In this document: positions 32,245 to 40,783 of the stretch, in pieces | How the letters are laid out: every line of letters starts with the position of its first letter | How positions within the stretch are numbered: the first letter of the stretch is position 1 | DNA from: Candidatus Marinacidobacterales bacterium | GTDB taxonomy: Bacteria; Acidobacteriota; Vicinamibacteria; Marinacidobacterales; DATDRI01 | Length of the DNA stretch: 64,000 nucleotides | Direction of reading: 5' to 3' | Assembly (NCBI GenBank): GCA_965226495.1 | Contig: OZ245365.1 | Location: forward strand, 4,768,001 to 4,832,000 | Notes under the pieces: model-generated | The model's input: only the letters and a program-made list of their open reading frames with translations | Databases searched by the model: none | Told to the model about the DNA's origin: nothing | Program-made: the position numbers and the translations under genes

Positions 32245-33308
32245 ACCTTTCGCAGCCCTTCCACCCATAGGTTGGCGCCGAGCACTGCAAGGGTAAGCGC
32301 CCCACCCGGCACGGCGAGCGTCCACCAGTATCGCGTCATCGAAGTGTAGTTCGAGGCCGCGGATGCCAACATGTTTCCCCAACTCGCATTCGGCTCTTGC
32401 ACTCCAAGGCCTAAGAACGAAAGCGTCGCCTCACCCAAAAGGAAATACGGTAGCGTGAGCCCCACCTGCAACAGCAACAGAGGAAGCGTATTCGGAAGGA
32501 TGTGCCGGAAGAAGAGTCGACTCCGGCCGGCCCCAGCGGCGACCGCGGACGTGGCAAATTCGCGCTCTCGCAGCGACAAAACGTGCCCTCGCACAAGTCG
32601 TGAAACACCGCACCAGCCCACGAGCGCCAACGACCCAACCAGAATCAAGGCTGCCCAACCCGGGGCCAGGTCGTCAGGAAAGACGTTTCGGACCGCGAGA
32701 ATCAGATAAAGCGCCGGGAGAGCCATGAAGAGCTCCGTCGACCGCATCAACCATCGATCCCAGACTCCTCCGCCAATAGCCGCCGCGGCTCCCACCAGAG
32801 CGCCCAAGGTCACAGTGAGCAGAACGCCTAAGATCGCGGCGGTCGCACTAACCCTGGCACCATGGAGCACCCTCGACAGTAGGTCTCTTCCCAGAGCGTC
32901 GGTACCCAGGAGATGGGCTCGGCAACCCTGAAATCCGAACAAATGAGTGGACCCATTCTCGTCCGCCACCAGCCAGCGAACCGAGCAGCCTGCGCTCGGA
33001 AGCGAAGGCGGATGGTGGAAGCTCTCCCGATCCTGGGATCGCGGGCTGTAGGGTGCCAAGAAGGAAGCCCCGAGTCCGGCGACCGCGATGACCGAAAGCA
33101 GGGCGATCCCGATGCGGGAACCTCTATCAATGCCGCGGGGCCCCACCCCCACGGCTTGTCCCTTCGCCGGCAAGCGGCTGCAGAACGGCTGAGGGCTCTT
33201 ATTATCAATGCCGCGGGGCCCCACCCCCACGGCTTGTCCCTTCGCCGGCAAGCGGCTGCAGGACGGCTGAGGGCTCTTATTAGCCCACCAACTTGGTTTC
33301 CACAACAT
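32190..33308 (-). CDS. Peptide ABC transporter permease DppC/OppC with in-frame repeat insertion
   Basis: [29 protein letters not shown]; the N-terminus carries two 26-aa repeat units. Confidence 0.85.
   Translation of the reverse strand: MLWKPSWWANKSPQPSCSRLPAKGQAVGVGPRGIDNKSPQPFCSRLPAKGQAVGVGPRGIDRGSRIGIALLSVIAVAGLGASFLAPYSPRSQDRESFHHPPSLPSAGCSVRWLVADENGSTHLFGFQGCRAHLLGTDALGRDLLSRVLHGARVSATAAILGVLLTVTLGALVGAAAAIGGGVWDRWLMRSTELFMALPALYLILAVRNVFPDDLAPGWAALILVGSLALVGWCGVSRLVRGHVLSLREREFATSAVAAGAGRSRLFFRHILPNTLPLLLLQVGLTLPYFLLGEATLSFLGLGVQEPNASWGNMLASAASNYTSMTRYWWTLAVPGGALTLAVLGANLWVEGLRKVQLSLAGPGSKHRLQRAS
33125..33282. repeat. Two tandem 78-bp modules inserted in frame in dppC
   Basis: Units 33125-33202 and 33203-33280 differ at one base; TA at each junction. 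Confidence 0.9.
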
Positions 33309-33520
33309 TAGTGACTCACTGCGCGCTCACTCCACGTTCGCGCGCTTGCCGCCTCGCTCCTCGCTCGGCGGTCTGTTGTCGGCCCACTCGGGCCGGGCTC
33401 GCTCCCTTATCAATGCGGCGGGGTCCCCACCCCCACCGCCGTCCCTTCGCCGGCAAGCGGCTCCGGGACAGCTGATGGCTCCTCGCGCAAGGTGCAGTGC
33501 GCTCCTTGAGCACCCTGCTA
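33309..33520 (+). mobile_element. MITE-like element between dppB and dppC, TA-flanked
   Basis: Matches 16759-16975 (reverse complement); TA at both ends. Confidence 0.8.
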
Positions 33521-34489
33521 GCCTTCTTCCATTCTGATTCGTGGGTCGGCGGCGCCGGTCAACAGGTCCGCGATCAGATTGCCGAAGAGGATCAAGACCG
33601 ATGCAAGAACCAACACACCGAGCAGCAAGAACGAATCCCGGGCGAGCAATCCGCCGAATGCGAGCCTCCCCATACCCGGCCATCCGACAATCACCTCGAT
33701 GAGAAATGCGCCGTTCAAGAACCGCGCTAGAGAAGCACCCGCGAATGCGATGAGTGGGACCATTGCCGGCCGAAGACCGTAGCGCACGAGTATCTGGCTT
33801 TCGGTAAGACCACGGGAACGCGCCGCCCTCACGAACTCCGAGGGTAGGACTTCGAGTAAAGCGCCTCTAGCCTGCAGAAAGAAAAGAGGGGACATCGAAA
33901 AACTAAGGAGGAGCGCCGGCAACAGCAGATGCCGAGCATGATCCAACACCCGGCTCGACCATGGGAGCTCGAGAGAGCCGGCCATGGAGCCACCACCGGT
34001 TGGAAGCAAACCGGTGGCGGCGGCAATTCCCAAACCACCCACCGCGAGTACCAAAGTGGGAACCGAGACGGCCCCGAGTGCTAGGCCAGCGAGGATTCGA
34101 TCTAGCGATCGTCCCGGACGAACCATCGCGAGAAGGCCGAGCCCCAAACCGACGAGGGACGAAACGACCAAGGCCGTCAGCACGAGCGCAAGCGTATAGA
34201 GGGCGGCCTCGCCCAGGAGCTCCGCTACTGGACGTTGAAACCGCAGAGAGACGCCCAGGTCGCCGCGGACCGCTCCCGTCAGCCACGACAGGTATTGTTC
34301 ATACCAAGGTTTGTCGAGACCGAAGCGGCTCACTAACGCGTCGACCGTCGAGGGAGGGATCCCTGGATCCAGACGCAAGCGATCGACAAACGCGCCGGGC
34401 GCCAGGTGGAGGAGCAGAAACGAGAAGAAGCTCACCCCGAAGAGCAAGGGAATGGCAGCCAGCAATCTCGTGAGCGCCATACGAGCCAC
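33518..34489 (-). CDS. Peptide ABC transporter permease DppB/OppB
   Basis: GLDKPWYEQY, GDLGVS, ARSRGL, WPGMG, ADPRIR. Confidence 0.9.
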   Translation of the reverse strand: MARMALTRLLAAIPLLFGVSFFSFLLLHLAPGAFVDRLRLDPGIPPSTVDALVSRFGLDKPWYEQYLSWLTGAVRGDLGVSLRFQRPVAELLGEAALYTLALVLTALVVSSLVGLGLGLLAMVRPGRSLDRILAGLALGAVSVPTLVLAVGGLGIAAATGLLPTGGGSMAGSLELPWSSRVLDHARHLLLPALLLSFSMSPLFFLQARGALLEVLPSEFVRAARSRGLTESQILVRYGLRPAMVPLIAFAGASLARFLNGAFLIEVIVGWPGMGRLAFGGLLARDSFLLLGVLVLASVLILFGNLIADLLTGAADPRIRMEEG

Positions 34490-34569
34490 GACGCGTCAAG
34501 CCTCGACAACAGGTCGCTTAGGGCGTGGGTAACAAACCCTCATGGGGGCCAGAAGATTCCGCCGCTCGT

Positions 34570-37080
34570 TTATCCCACGCGGCGATCGGTCTTGTCCTCG
34601 GCTCCGAAGAGGCTGGGCTGATGTGCGGTGCGATCGGACTCCTCCGGTCTCCGGCGACGCATCTTTCGACGACTCTTTTGATCGTACATGTTTCTATCCG
34701 CCGCCATGAGCAGCGACTCGAGATCGTCGCCGTCGGCGGAGAAAGCCGCGAGCCCGAGGGATATGCCAACGCTCAACATCTTTCCGATCCCGACGTCGAT
34801 GTCGGATGTCTCCACGACCTCCTGCAGCCGACGGGAGAACTGAACGGCCTGTTCCATCGTGGTTTTTGGCAAGACAGCAATGAACTCGTCCCCGGCATAG
34901 CGGACCAACACGTCACTGTCTCGCATCTCGGCCTTCAGGATGCGTCCCACTTCTTTGAGGAACCGATCCCCGGCATGATGACCGAAACGGTCGTTGACGC
35001 TCTTGAAGTCGTCCAGGTCCAGCTCGATGACGGTGAGCGGCTCGTCGTAGCGTTTGGCTTCCGAAAGGGTCTGCTCGAAGAAAATGTAGAGGAAGCGCGA
35101 GTTCGCCAGACCGGTCAAGCGATCGGTGAAGGCGTCCTCCTGGGTCTCCTCGAAGCGAATGGCGTTGTAGAGCGCGATCGATGAACGGTTGGCGATGATC
35201 TCCATCAACCGCACATGGTCATGCGAATACCGCTCGTTCCCCGACCAATAGAGCGCGATCGTTCCGAGCGGTCGTTCCTCGTGAACCAACGGAGCCAAGA
35301 TGGAGTTGTGGTAGTTCTTTCGGAACTGCTCAGGAAGAAGCATCACGTCCGGACCTGGGTGCACGTTGTAGAGCATACGGTTGTTGGCGGCCACCCAACC
35401 CGCCAATCGGGTCCCGAACTCGATGGACACCTCCTTGAAGGCGTCTGGGTTTTGCCCGGTGATGTGAGCAGGTGTTAGTACTCCCTGGCCATCGTCCACC
35501 AGATAGATGACGAGCGTGCTAAACGGAATGATCTTCTCGATCTTGGATGCAATGATGGTGAGCGTGTCGGGACGGGACAAGGAGTTGCCAATGGTCTGCA
35601 AGATTTCGAATAGAGCAAATACCTCCCGCTGCGGCTCGGAGATAGAGTCGCTAAAAGCGGGTGCCTGAGGCACGCCCACGATGTCCGGCATCCGTTTCCT
35701 GTCTCGATACTCCTTCGGCGCCGCCATCTCCCGCACCGCCAATGTTCCTAGCTGCTCGTCGAGCTCATCTACGATCTCCAGGAATTTGTTGAAGACCCGG
35801 GGATCGAACCGATGTGCTTCCCGTTTCATGGTCGAGATTGCCGTTTCCCGATCCAGGGAGCGGCGGTAGACTCGGCGGGCGGTGAGCGCCTCGTAACAAT
35901 CGGCAACCGACATGATCCGGGAGCCAAACGGGATCTCTTCGCCTTTGAGCCCGTCCGGGTAACCGCTCCCGTCCCAATTCTCGTGATGATGTTTCACATA
36001 GGGAATGACCGGTACCGGAAAGTCGATAGTGGAGAGGATCTGAGCACCCACCGCTGGGTGCGTACTCATCTTCTGGAACTCCCTTTCCGTCAAACGCGTG
36101 GGTTTGTGAAGGATGTACGACGGGATCGAGATCTTGCCCACATCGTGTAACACGGAGGCGAACCAAAGTCCCTCATAAGTCTTATCGTCGACACCCAACG
36201 CGCGCGCCAATGCCAGTGTCAGCAAACGGGTGCGCTGAATATGTGTACTGGTGTGATGCTTGTAGTCAGTATGGAGCTCTAGCGCGTCGATCGAGAGCGC
36301 GAAGGCCTCCGCGGTCTGATAGTAGAGCTGGGTCAGGTCCTCGTACTTCTCGTTGTAGAAATGATGGGCGTAGTAAACCACCAGAAGGATAGGGAGACCG
36401 AGCAGGAAAGCCCAGGGCCCGGCTACTTGATGGAAAAAGAAGATGACGGCTGCCCCGGAAGCGGAAGCGAGAAAGTAAAGGGGAACCAAAGGTAGATTCT
36501 GTCGCCACATGGCCCAGAAGCCACCTCGACCGGTTACCGCCATCATGGCGTGCATCGATGCCGAATTGATGAGGAAGTAGGTTCCAGCCAACAAGACGAC
36601 CGGAGGAATTATTTGATAGGCGCTTGTCAATTCCGGAGGCACGAAGGCGTAATACACATGACCATAGACGAAGGCGAAGATGCCACCTGATGCAGTATTG
36701 AAGATGGCTTGACTGCTCTTCCAGCCTAGGCTCTTGGATCGATGTACCAGCTGCTTCTTCTTGGTCGTGAACCAGTAACCGACCAAGTGAAAGAGGCCGT
36801 TCGCGACGACCCCCGGCGCCACTCCGTAGATCAGGGTGACGGAGAGAATCAAACAGTCGGCGACGGCCATCCAGGTGTTGGTGCGGGGGATTCGAACGAC
36901 CCATTTGGAGCTGAGCGAAGCGACGGCGGTCAGGGCGGCGAGGGATATCCAGTCCTGCCAAGTGTAAACTTGCCGGAGTTGGATGAGATTATGGACGGCC
37001 CAGACGAAAATAGGGACCGCCGCGGCGACGGATGCCGCAATATAAAGTTTGACTCTGGCTGGCCGATTTTGCCAGTCCAA
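34570..37080 (-). CDS. Multi-TM sensor with HD-GYP, GAF and GGDEF (AGDEF) c-di-GMP domains
   Basis: About 7 N-terminal TM segments; LHDVGK, HHENWDGSGYPDGL; GAF; TDRLTGL, DLDDFKSVND, RYAGDEF. Confidence 0.92.
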   Translation of the reverse strand: MDWQNRPARVKLYIAASVAAAVPIFVWAVHNLIQLRQVYTWQDWISLAALTAVASLSSKWVVRIPRTNTWMAVADCLILSVTLIYGVAPGVVANGLFHLVGYWFTTKKKQLVHRSKSLGWKSSQAIFNTASGGIFAFVYGHVYYAFVPPELTSAYQIIPPVVLLAGTYFLINSASMHAMMAVTGRGGFWAMWRQNLPLVPLYFLASASGAAVIFFFHQVAGPWAFLLGLPILLVVYYAHHFYNEKYEDLTQLYYQTAEAFALSIDALELHTDYKHHTSTHIQRTRLLTLALARALGVDDKTYEGLWFASVLHDVGKISIPSYILHKPTRLTEREFQKMSTHPAVGAQILSTIDFPVPVIPYVKHHHENWDGSGYPDGLKGEEIPFGSRIMSVADCYEALTARRVYRRSLDRETAISTMKREAHRFDPRVFNKFLEIVDELDEQLGTLAVREMAAPKEYRDRKRMPDIVGVPQAPAFSDSISEPQREVFALFEILQTIGNSLSRPDTLTIIASKIEKIIPFSTLVIYLVDDGQGVLTPAHITGQNPDAFKEVSIEFGTRLAGWVAANNRMLYNVHPGPDVMLLPEQFRKNYHNSILAPLVHEERPLGTIALYWSGNERYSHDHVRLMEIIANRSSIALYNAIRFEETQEDAFTDRLTGLANSRFLYIFFEQTLSEAKRYDEPLTVIELDLDDFKSVNDRFGHHAGDRFLKEVGRILKAEMRDSDVLVRYAGDEFIAVLPKTTMEQAVQFSRRLQEVVETSDIDVGIGKMLSVGISLGLAAFSADGDDLESLLMAADRNMYDQKSRRKMRRRRPEESDRTAHQPSLFGAEDKTDRRVG

Positions 37081-37220
37081 CTGTGGCTCCCGGTTAGCAG
37101 AAAGAAAAGTCGAGTTAAGAGAGACTTCTATTTAAAAGTCCGATTCGATGACTGCTTTTCTTTTCCCCGTTACCGGGTTCATATTAATGAATGAGAACGG
37201 CGACAGAATGGAGAGAGGCG

Positions 37221-37250
37221 ATAGTAGCACAGCGGTACTGTGCCGGTCAA
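37221..37250 (-). promoter_or_regulatory. Promoter of the HD-GYP/GGDEF gene with a palindrome in the spacer
   Basis: TTGACC-N18-TACTAT with extended TGn; GCACAG-N5-CTGTGC. Confidence 0.55.
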
Positions 37251-37273
37251 GATACTTGGGCGGGAAGCAAGCT

Positions 37274-37297
37274 GGAGGCCGCCGGGGGGCGGCCTCC
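37274..37297 (-). terminator. Strong hairpin downstream of the micro-ORF cluster
   Basis: GGAGGCCGCC-N4-GGCGGCCTCC; no clear U-tract. Confidence 0.45.
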
Positions 37298-37344
37298 CTC
37301 GCAAAGTCAATCAATTCAGGACGATCGGGTAACCAGCTTTTCTT

Positions 37345-37371
37345 CTAGACCCAAAGGATTCCGCGATTCAT
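37345..37371 (-). CDS. Octapeptide MNRGILWV (putative signal peptide)
   Basis: ATG AAT CGC GGA ATC CTT TGG GTC TAG; same GILWV* as 37582-37608; weak SD (ACGGTG). Confidence 0.6.
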   Translation of the reverse strand: MNRGILWV

Positions 37372-37416
37372 GACATACACCGTTTCGGTTAATTGGTTAA
37401 CTTTCGGAGCCGACTA

Positions 37417-37512
37417 TTAGTTCCAAATCATCCCAGCAGCAGGAGCGGTCCGCTCTTCGAGCTCTTCCACGGTTAGTTCAACGATTTCGATGTTGTCGTT
37501 TTGAGTTTCCAT
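37417..37512 (-). CDS. 31-aa precursor-like peptide METQNDNIEIVELTVEELEERTAPAAGMIWN
   Basis: SD-like AAAGGGA, tandem stops TAA TAG, acidic leader with short hydrophobic core. Confidence 0.75.
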   Translation of the reverse strand: METQNDNIEIVELTVEELEERTAPAAGMIWN

Positions 37513-37581
37513 TGTTAGTCCCTTTCTTTCAATTAGTTGCGCCAGATTTAACTGAAAATCAAGAAATAAGCAATTTGAAAA

Positions 37582-37608
37582 CTAAACCCACAAAATTCCC
37601 TTGGTCAT
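37582..37608 (-). CDS. Octapeptide MTKGILWV (putative signal peptide)
   Basis: SD GGAGGTG, then ATG ACC AAG GGA ATT TTG TGG GTT TAG. Confidence 0.65.
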   Translation of the reverse strand: MTKGILWV

Positions 37609-38035
37609 CGGTCACCTCCGTGAGATGCCCGACCTGGAAGGACACGCCGACCGGGCCGGGGATTGGGAAGGAAGCCCCCCTTGGAGGGATCTTCGCTCCC
37701 GGACTGAAAGGTTGAGTTGTTAAGAGGAGTGGTTCGGGTAAGCCAGCGGAAGGGGACTTGTTGGAACTGTCATGAATTCAAATAAAGGTCTTTGAATAAC
37801 TCAAGAACCCTTGGTGCAGCCCCTTTAGACCCACCGAAATTACCTACAAACCCTGCCTCTCGACCTCACCTCCTTGGACACTTAACCCACCGAACTTACA
37901 ACTCGAAACGTCTGCTATTTCTTGGACTTTTACTCTACGGTGGGAAAATACTCCGAGCACACCCGACAGTCAGTGACCGGGATCACCAAAGAGAAAATAT
38001 GGGATTTTCCCCCCGTTTTTCGGTTGTACCCTAAA

Positions 38036-39775
38036 TCACCTTATTAAGTAAAGTGCTTCGCTGTTCCAGAGGGTAGGGTGCCAGAAGGGCGTCGGCTCGA
38101 GGTTCCCGAGCCGGACGGTGGTACCCACCAAGGCGTGCGGCACGACCAGATCGATGACGGGGAGCTCTTCGACCACCAAGGCCTGCAGCTCGTCGATCAA
38201 TCCTTTGCGAGCTTCGTATTCGACCGCCATCATCTGCTGCTCCATCAGCTCGTCCAATCGCGCTTCCCATACAGAGGCGGGTTGCGACTGAGAGGGATGC
38301 CATACGTGCAAGGGCGAATGGCTGAGCCAAAGAGGCCTCTGCGTGGACGGATCGGGATCGGTAAAGCTAATCCCGAAGAGGCATGCCTGGTAGTCGAATG
38401 TACGCGTGATTCGGCTTATTAGGGTGGCGAAATCGAGCGAAACGAGGCTCATTTCGACCCCGATCCGCGCGAGGTCTTCTTGGATGAGCGTGGCCGTCTT
38501 CACGCGGGAGGGGTTGTTGGCGTTGGTGAGGAGCGTGAACCGCACGCGTTCTCCCCTTGGACCCACAAGCACTTCTCTCTCCTCGGTGAAGCCGGCCTGC
38601 GCCAGCAGTTCTCGAGCACGCTGCGGATCGTAGGGCGGAGGAGCGATAGACTCGTTCCACCACCGTCGGTTTGCCGAGGTGATGGGGCCGGCCGCCGGAG
38701 AAGCCAAACCCGCGTAGACGGCCTTCACGATGGATTGCCGGTCGATGGCCAGGGAAATGGCCCTTCGGAAGCGTCGATCGGTGAACCACGCTCGTTGCTC
38801 GGGCGACACCGAGCTCTCCGGGTTGAGATTGAACCAGATGCGCTCGGGAGTCGTCCCAGGGCCCAGATCGATGAGGCGCCGATCCGGAGCATCCTTCTCC
38901 CTGAAGCTGATGAAGTCCTCCGGCGGCAAGGGACTCAGAAGGTCGAGCTCCCCAGAGCCGAAGCGAAGCGCCAGAGCGTTCGCATCGGATAGGATTTCGA
39001 AAGTGATTCCGTCCAAATAAGGAAGCTGCTCTCCGTCCGGTCCGTACTTCCAGTAGTTGGGGTTGCGGCGGAGAACCACTCTCTGGCCAGGCACATACCG
39101 CTCGAGGACGAACGGGCCTAGACCTACGATCCCCTCAGAAACCCCGATTCCGTATTCGGATGCGAAGCTCCCATCCTCGAGCGAGGCTTGGAGCCTATGT
39201 CGAGGCAGGACCGGAATGCTATCGAAGATCCTCTCCACCACCGCGGTACGACGGGGTAGTCGGAACCGAACTGTTAACGGATCGACGACCTCTGGAACCA
39301 GAGGCTTCCCTTCGACCATCGCCGTTTCGACGAGCGGACTCGCCACTGCAGGATCATGCAAAGCCTGAAATGTGAACGCGACATCTGCAGCGGTCAGAGG
39401 CGTGCCATCTGAAAAACGGACATCGGGCCGGAGCTTGAAAGTCAGCTCCCGACTGTCCTCAGAGAAGGACCACGATTCGGCGAGCTCGGGCTCGAGCTCC
39501 TGCGTCAGCCGATTGACCCTTAGCAGAGCGGCGTGCAGACGCTCGGTAATTTGGTGGCTCACTTCATCGGTCGCAAGAAGTCGGTTCCAAGTCTGCGGCT
39601 CGCTGCGAATCCCCACTCGCAGCATGCCGCCGGCGACCGGGGTGCCGGGGATGGACGAATCCCCTTGGACCGCCTCCTCCTCCGTCAAACGGCACTGAGG
39701 GGCGATGAAGAGCGCCATGGTGGCGAGCGCAAGGGGCAAGGTAGATGCGCGTGACATCCACGTCATTGGGCCCAA
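38036..39775 (-). CDS. Peptide ABC transporter substrate-binding protein (family 5)
   Basis: Signal/lipobox-like APQC; PELAESW, VRFSDGTPLTAADV, GLGPF, NPNYW, FRRAISLAIDR. Confidence 0.92.
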   Translation of the reverse strand: MGPMTWMSRASTLPLALATMALFIAPQCRLTEEEAVQGDSSIPGTPVAGGMLRVGIRSEPQTWNRLLATDEVSHQITERLHAALLRVNRLTQELEPELAESWSFSEDSRELTFKLRPDVRFSDGTPLTAADVAFTFQALHDPAVASPLVETAMVEGKPLVPEVVDPLTVRFRLPRRTAVVERIFDSIPVLPRHRLQASLEDGSFASEYGIGVSEGIVGLGPFVLERYVPGQRVVLRRNPNYWKYGPDGEQLPYLDGITFEILSDANALALRFGSGELDLLSPLPPEDFISFREKDAPDRRLIDLGPGTTPERIWFNLNPESSVSPEQRAWFTDRRFRRAISLAIDRQSIVKAVYAGLASPAAGPITSANRRWWNESIAPPPYDPQRARELLAQAGFTEEREVLVGPRGERVRFTLLTNANNPSRVKTATLIQEDLARIGVEMSLVSLDFATLISRITRTFDYQACLFGISFTDPDPSTQRPLWLSHSPLHVWHPSQSQPASVWEARLDELMEQQMMAVEYEARKGLIDELQALVVEELPVIDLVVPHALVGTTVRLGNLEPTPFWHPTLWNSEALYLIR

Positions 39776-39918
39776 CCTTTCGTTGATGACTGTTTACGGA
39801 ACGTTACATTCTCCAATAATGAATACTGAATAGCCAGAGGTTTCCGTGGCGACGGTTACAGTCCCCAAGATCTTGCGGGGAAGCCCGATAGTGAGCTAAG
39901 GTTAACTGAATTCAAGAC

Positions 39919-40782
39919 TTGGACTTGCGGACGAAAACCCTCTCGGAATCAGAAGCGGTGGACATCCTGTTAAACACTCTAAACATCAGTCTTCCGACGC
40001 TTTACGCCTTAGCATGGGCCGATTACGCCCTGTTGTTCTTTCGCAACGACGCCTTCGCCGAGAAGACGGCCCCATGGCTGCTCAGGCTGGCCGCAATTCT
40101 GCACGGCATTTACCTCGTCCTGCTGGAGGCTCACCAACCGCACTTTCCAGTGGCAACGGTCTTCGAGGCTTTTTCACTTTTGGCGCTCTCGGTCTTGGTC
40201 GTCTATCTGTTCATCGAATCCCGCATTGGCGTCCGCACCACCGGTTTTTTCATCGTGGGCCTGGTCTTCGCGTTTCAGCTGGTGTCCTCGGCCTTTATCA
40301 CCCGTCCGACCGAAATCAATCCGCTACTCGCGGAGCCTTCGTTCGTCCTACACGCTGCGACCGCCGTGCTGGGTTACTCGGGGATGGCGATTTCAGCCAT
40401 CTATGGTCTGCTCTACTTGATGCTCTTCCATGACATCAAGAAGAACCGCTTCGGACTCATCTACAAACAACTCCCCTCTTTGGAAGTCATGGCGAACTTC
40501 ACCTACCGAGCGGCCACGTTGGGGTTCATCTTCCTGACTGTGGCCATGGCGCTGGGGTTGGCATTGATCGCCAAAATCGACCAGCCGGGATGGACATGGG
40601 ATCCGAAGTTGATCATTACCTTTGTGGCTTGGCTCATCTACGGTGCGTGCACCGTGGGCCGCAAGTTCTGGGGTTGGTCGCCGCGTCGAGTGGCCTTCGC
40701 GTCGTTGACCGGTTTCGCCGTCATTTTGTTCTCGTTCGTGGTCGTGAACCTTCTCTTCACGTCGTTTCACGGATTCGTCTGA
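39919..40782 (+). CDS. ccsA: Cytochrome c assembly protein (CcsA/HemX-like)
   Basis: Eight TM segments, LPSLE, WTWDPK, C-terminal FH; directly upstream of hemA. Confidence 0.8.
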   Translation: MDLRTKTLSESEAVDILLNTLNISLPTLYALAWADYALLFFRNDAFAEKTAPWLLRLAAILHGIYLVLLEAHQPHFPVATVFEAFSLLALSVLVVYLFIESRIGVRTTGFFIVGLVFAFQLVSSAFITRPTEINPLLAEPSFVLHAATAVLGYSGMAISAIYGLLYLMLFHDIKKNRFGLIYKQLPSLEVMANFTYRAATLGFIFLTVAMALGLALIAKIDQPGWTWDPKLIITFVAWLIYGACTVGRKFWGWSPRRVAFASLTGFAVILFSFVVVNLLFTSFHGFV

Positions 40783-40783
40783 C

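Noticed and set aside
33125-33282. Tandem repeats as a CRISPR array
   Set aside because: Units abut with no unique spacers, no cas genes are present, and they belong to a dispersed repeat family
37865-37877. Perfect SD AAGGAGGTG on the - strand as a fourth micro-ORF
   Set aside because: No start codon at a usable distance; the nearby FRWV* is preceded by an in-frame stop with no start
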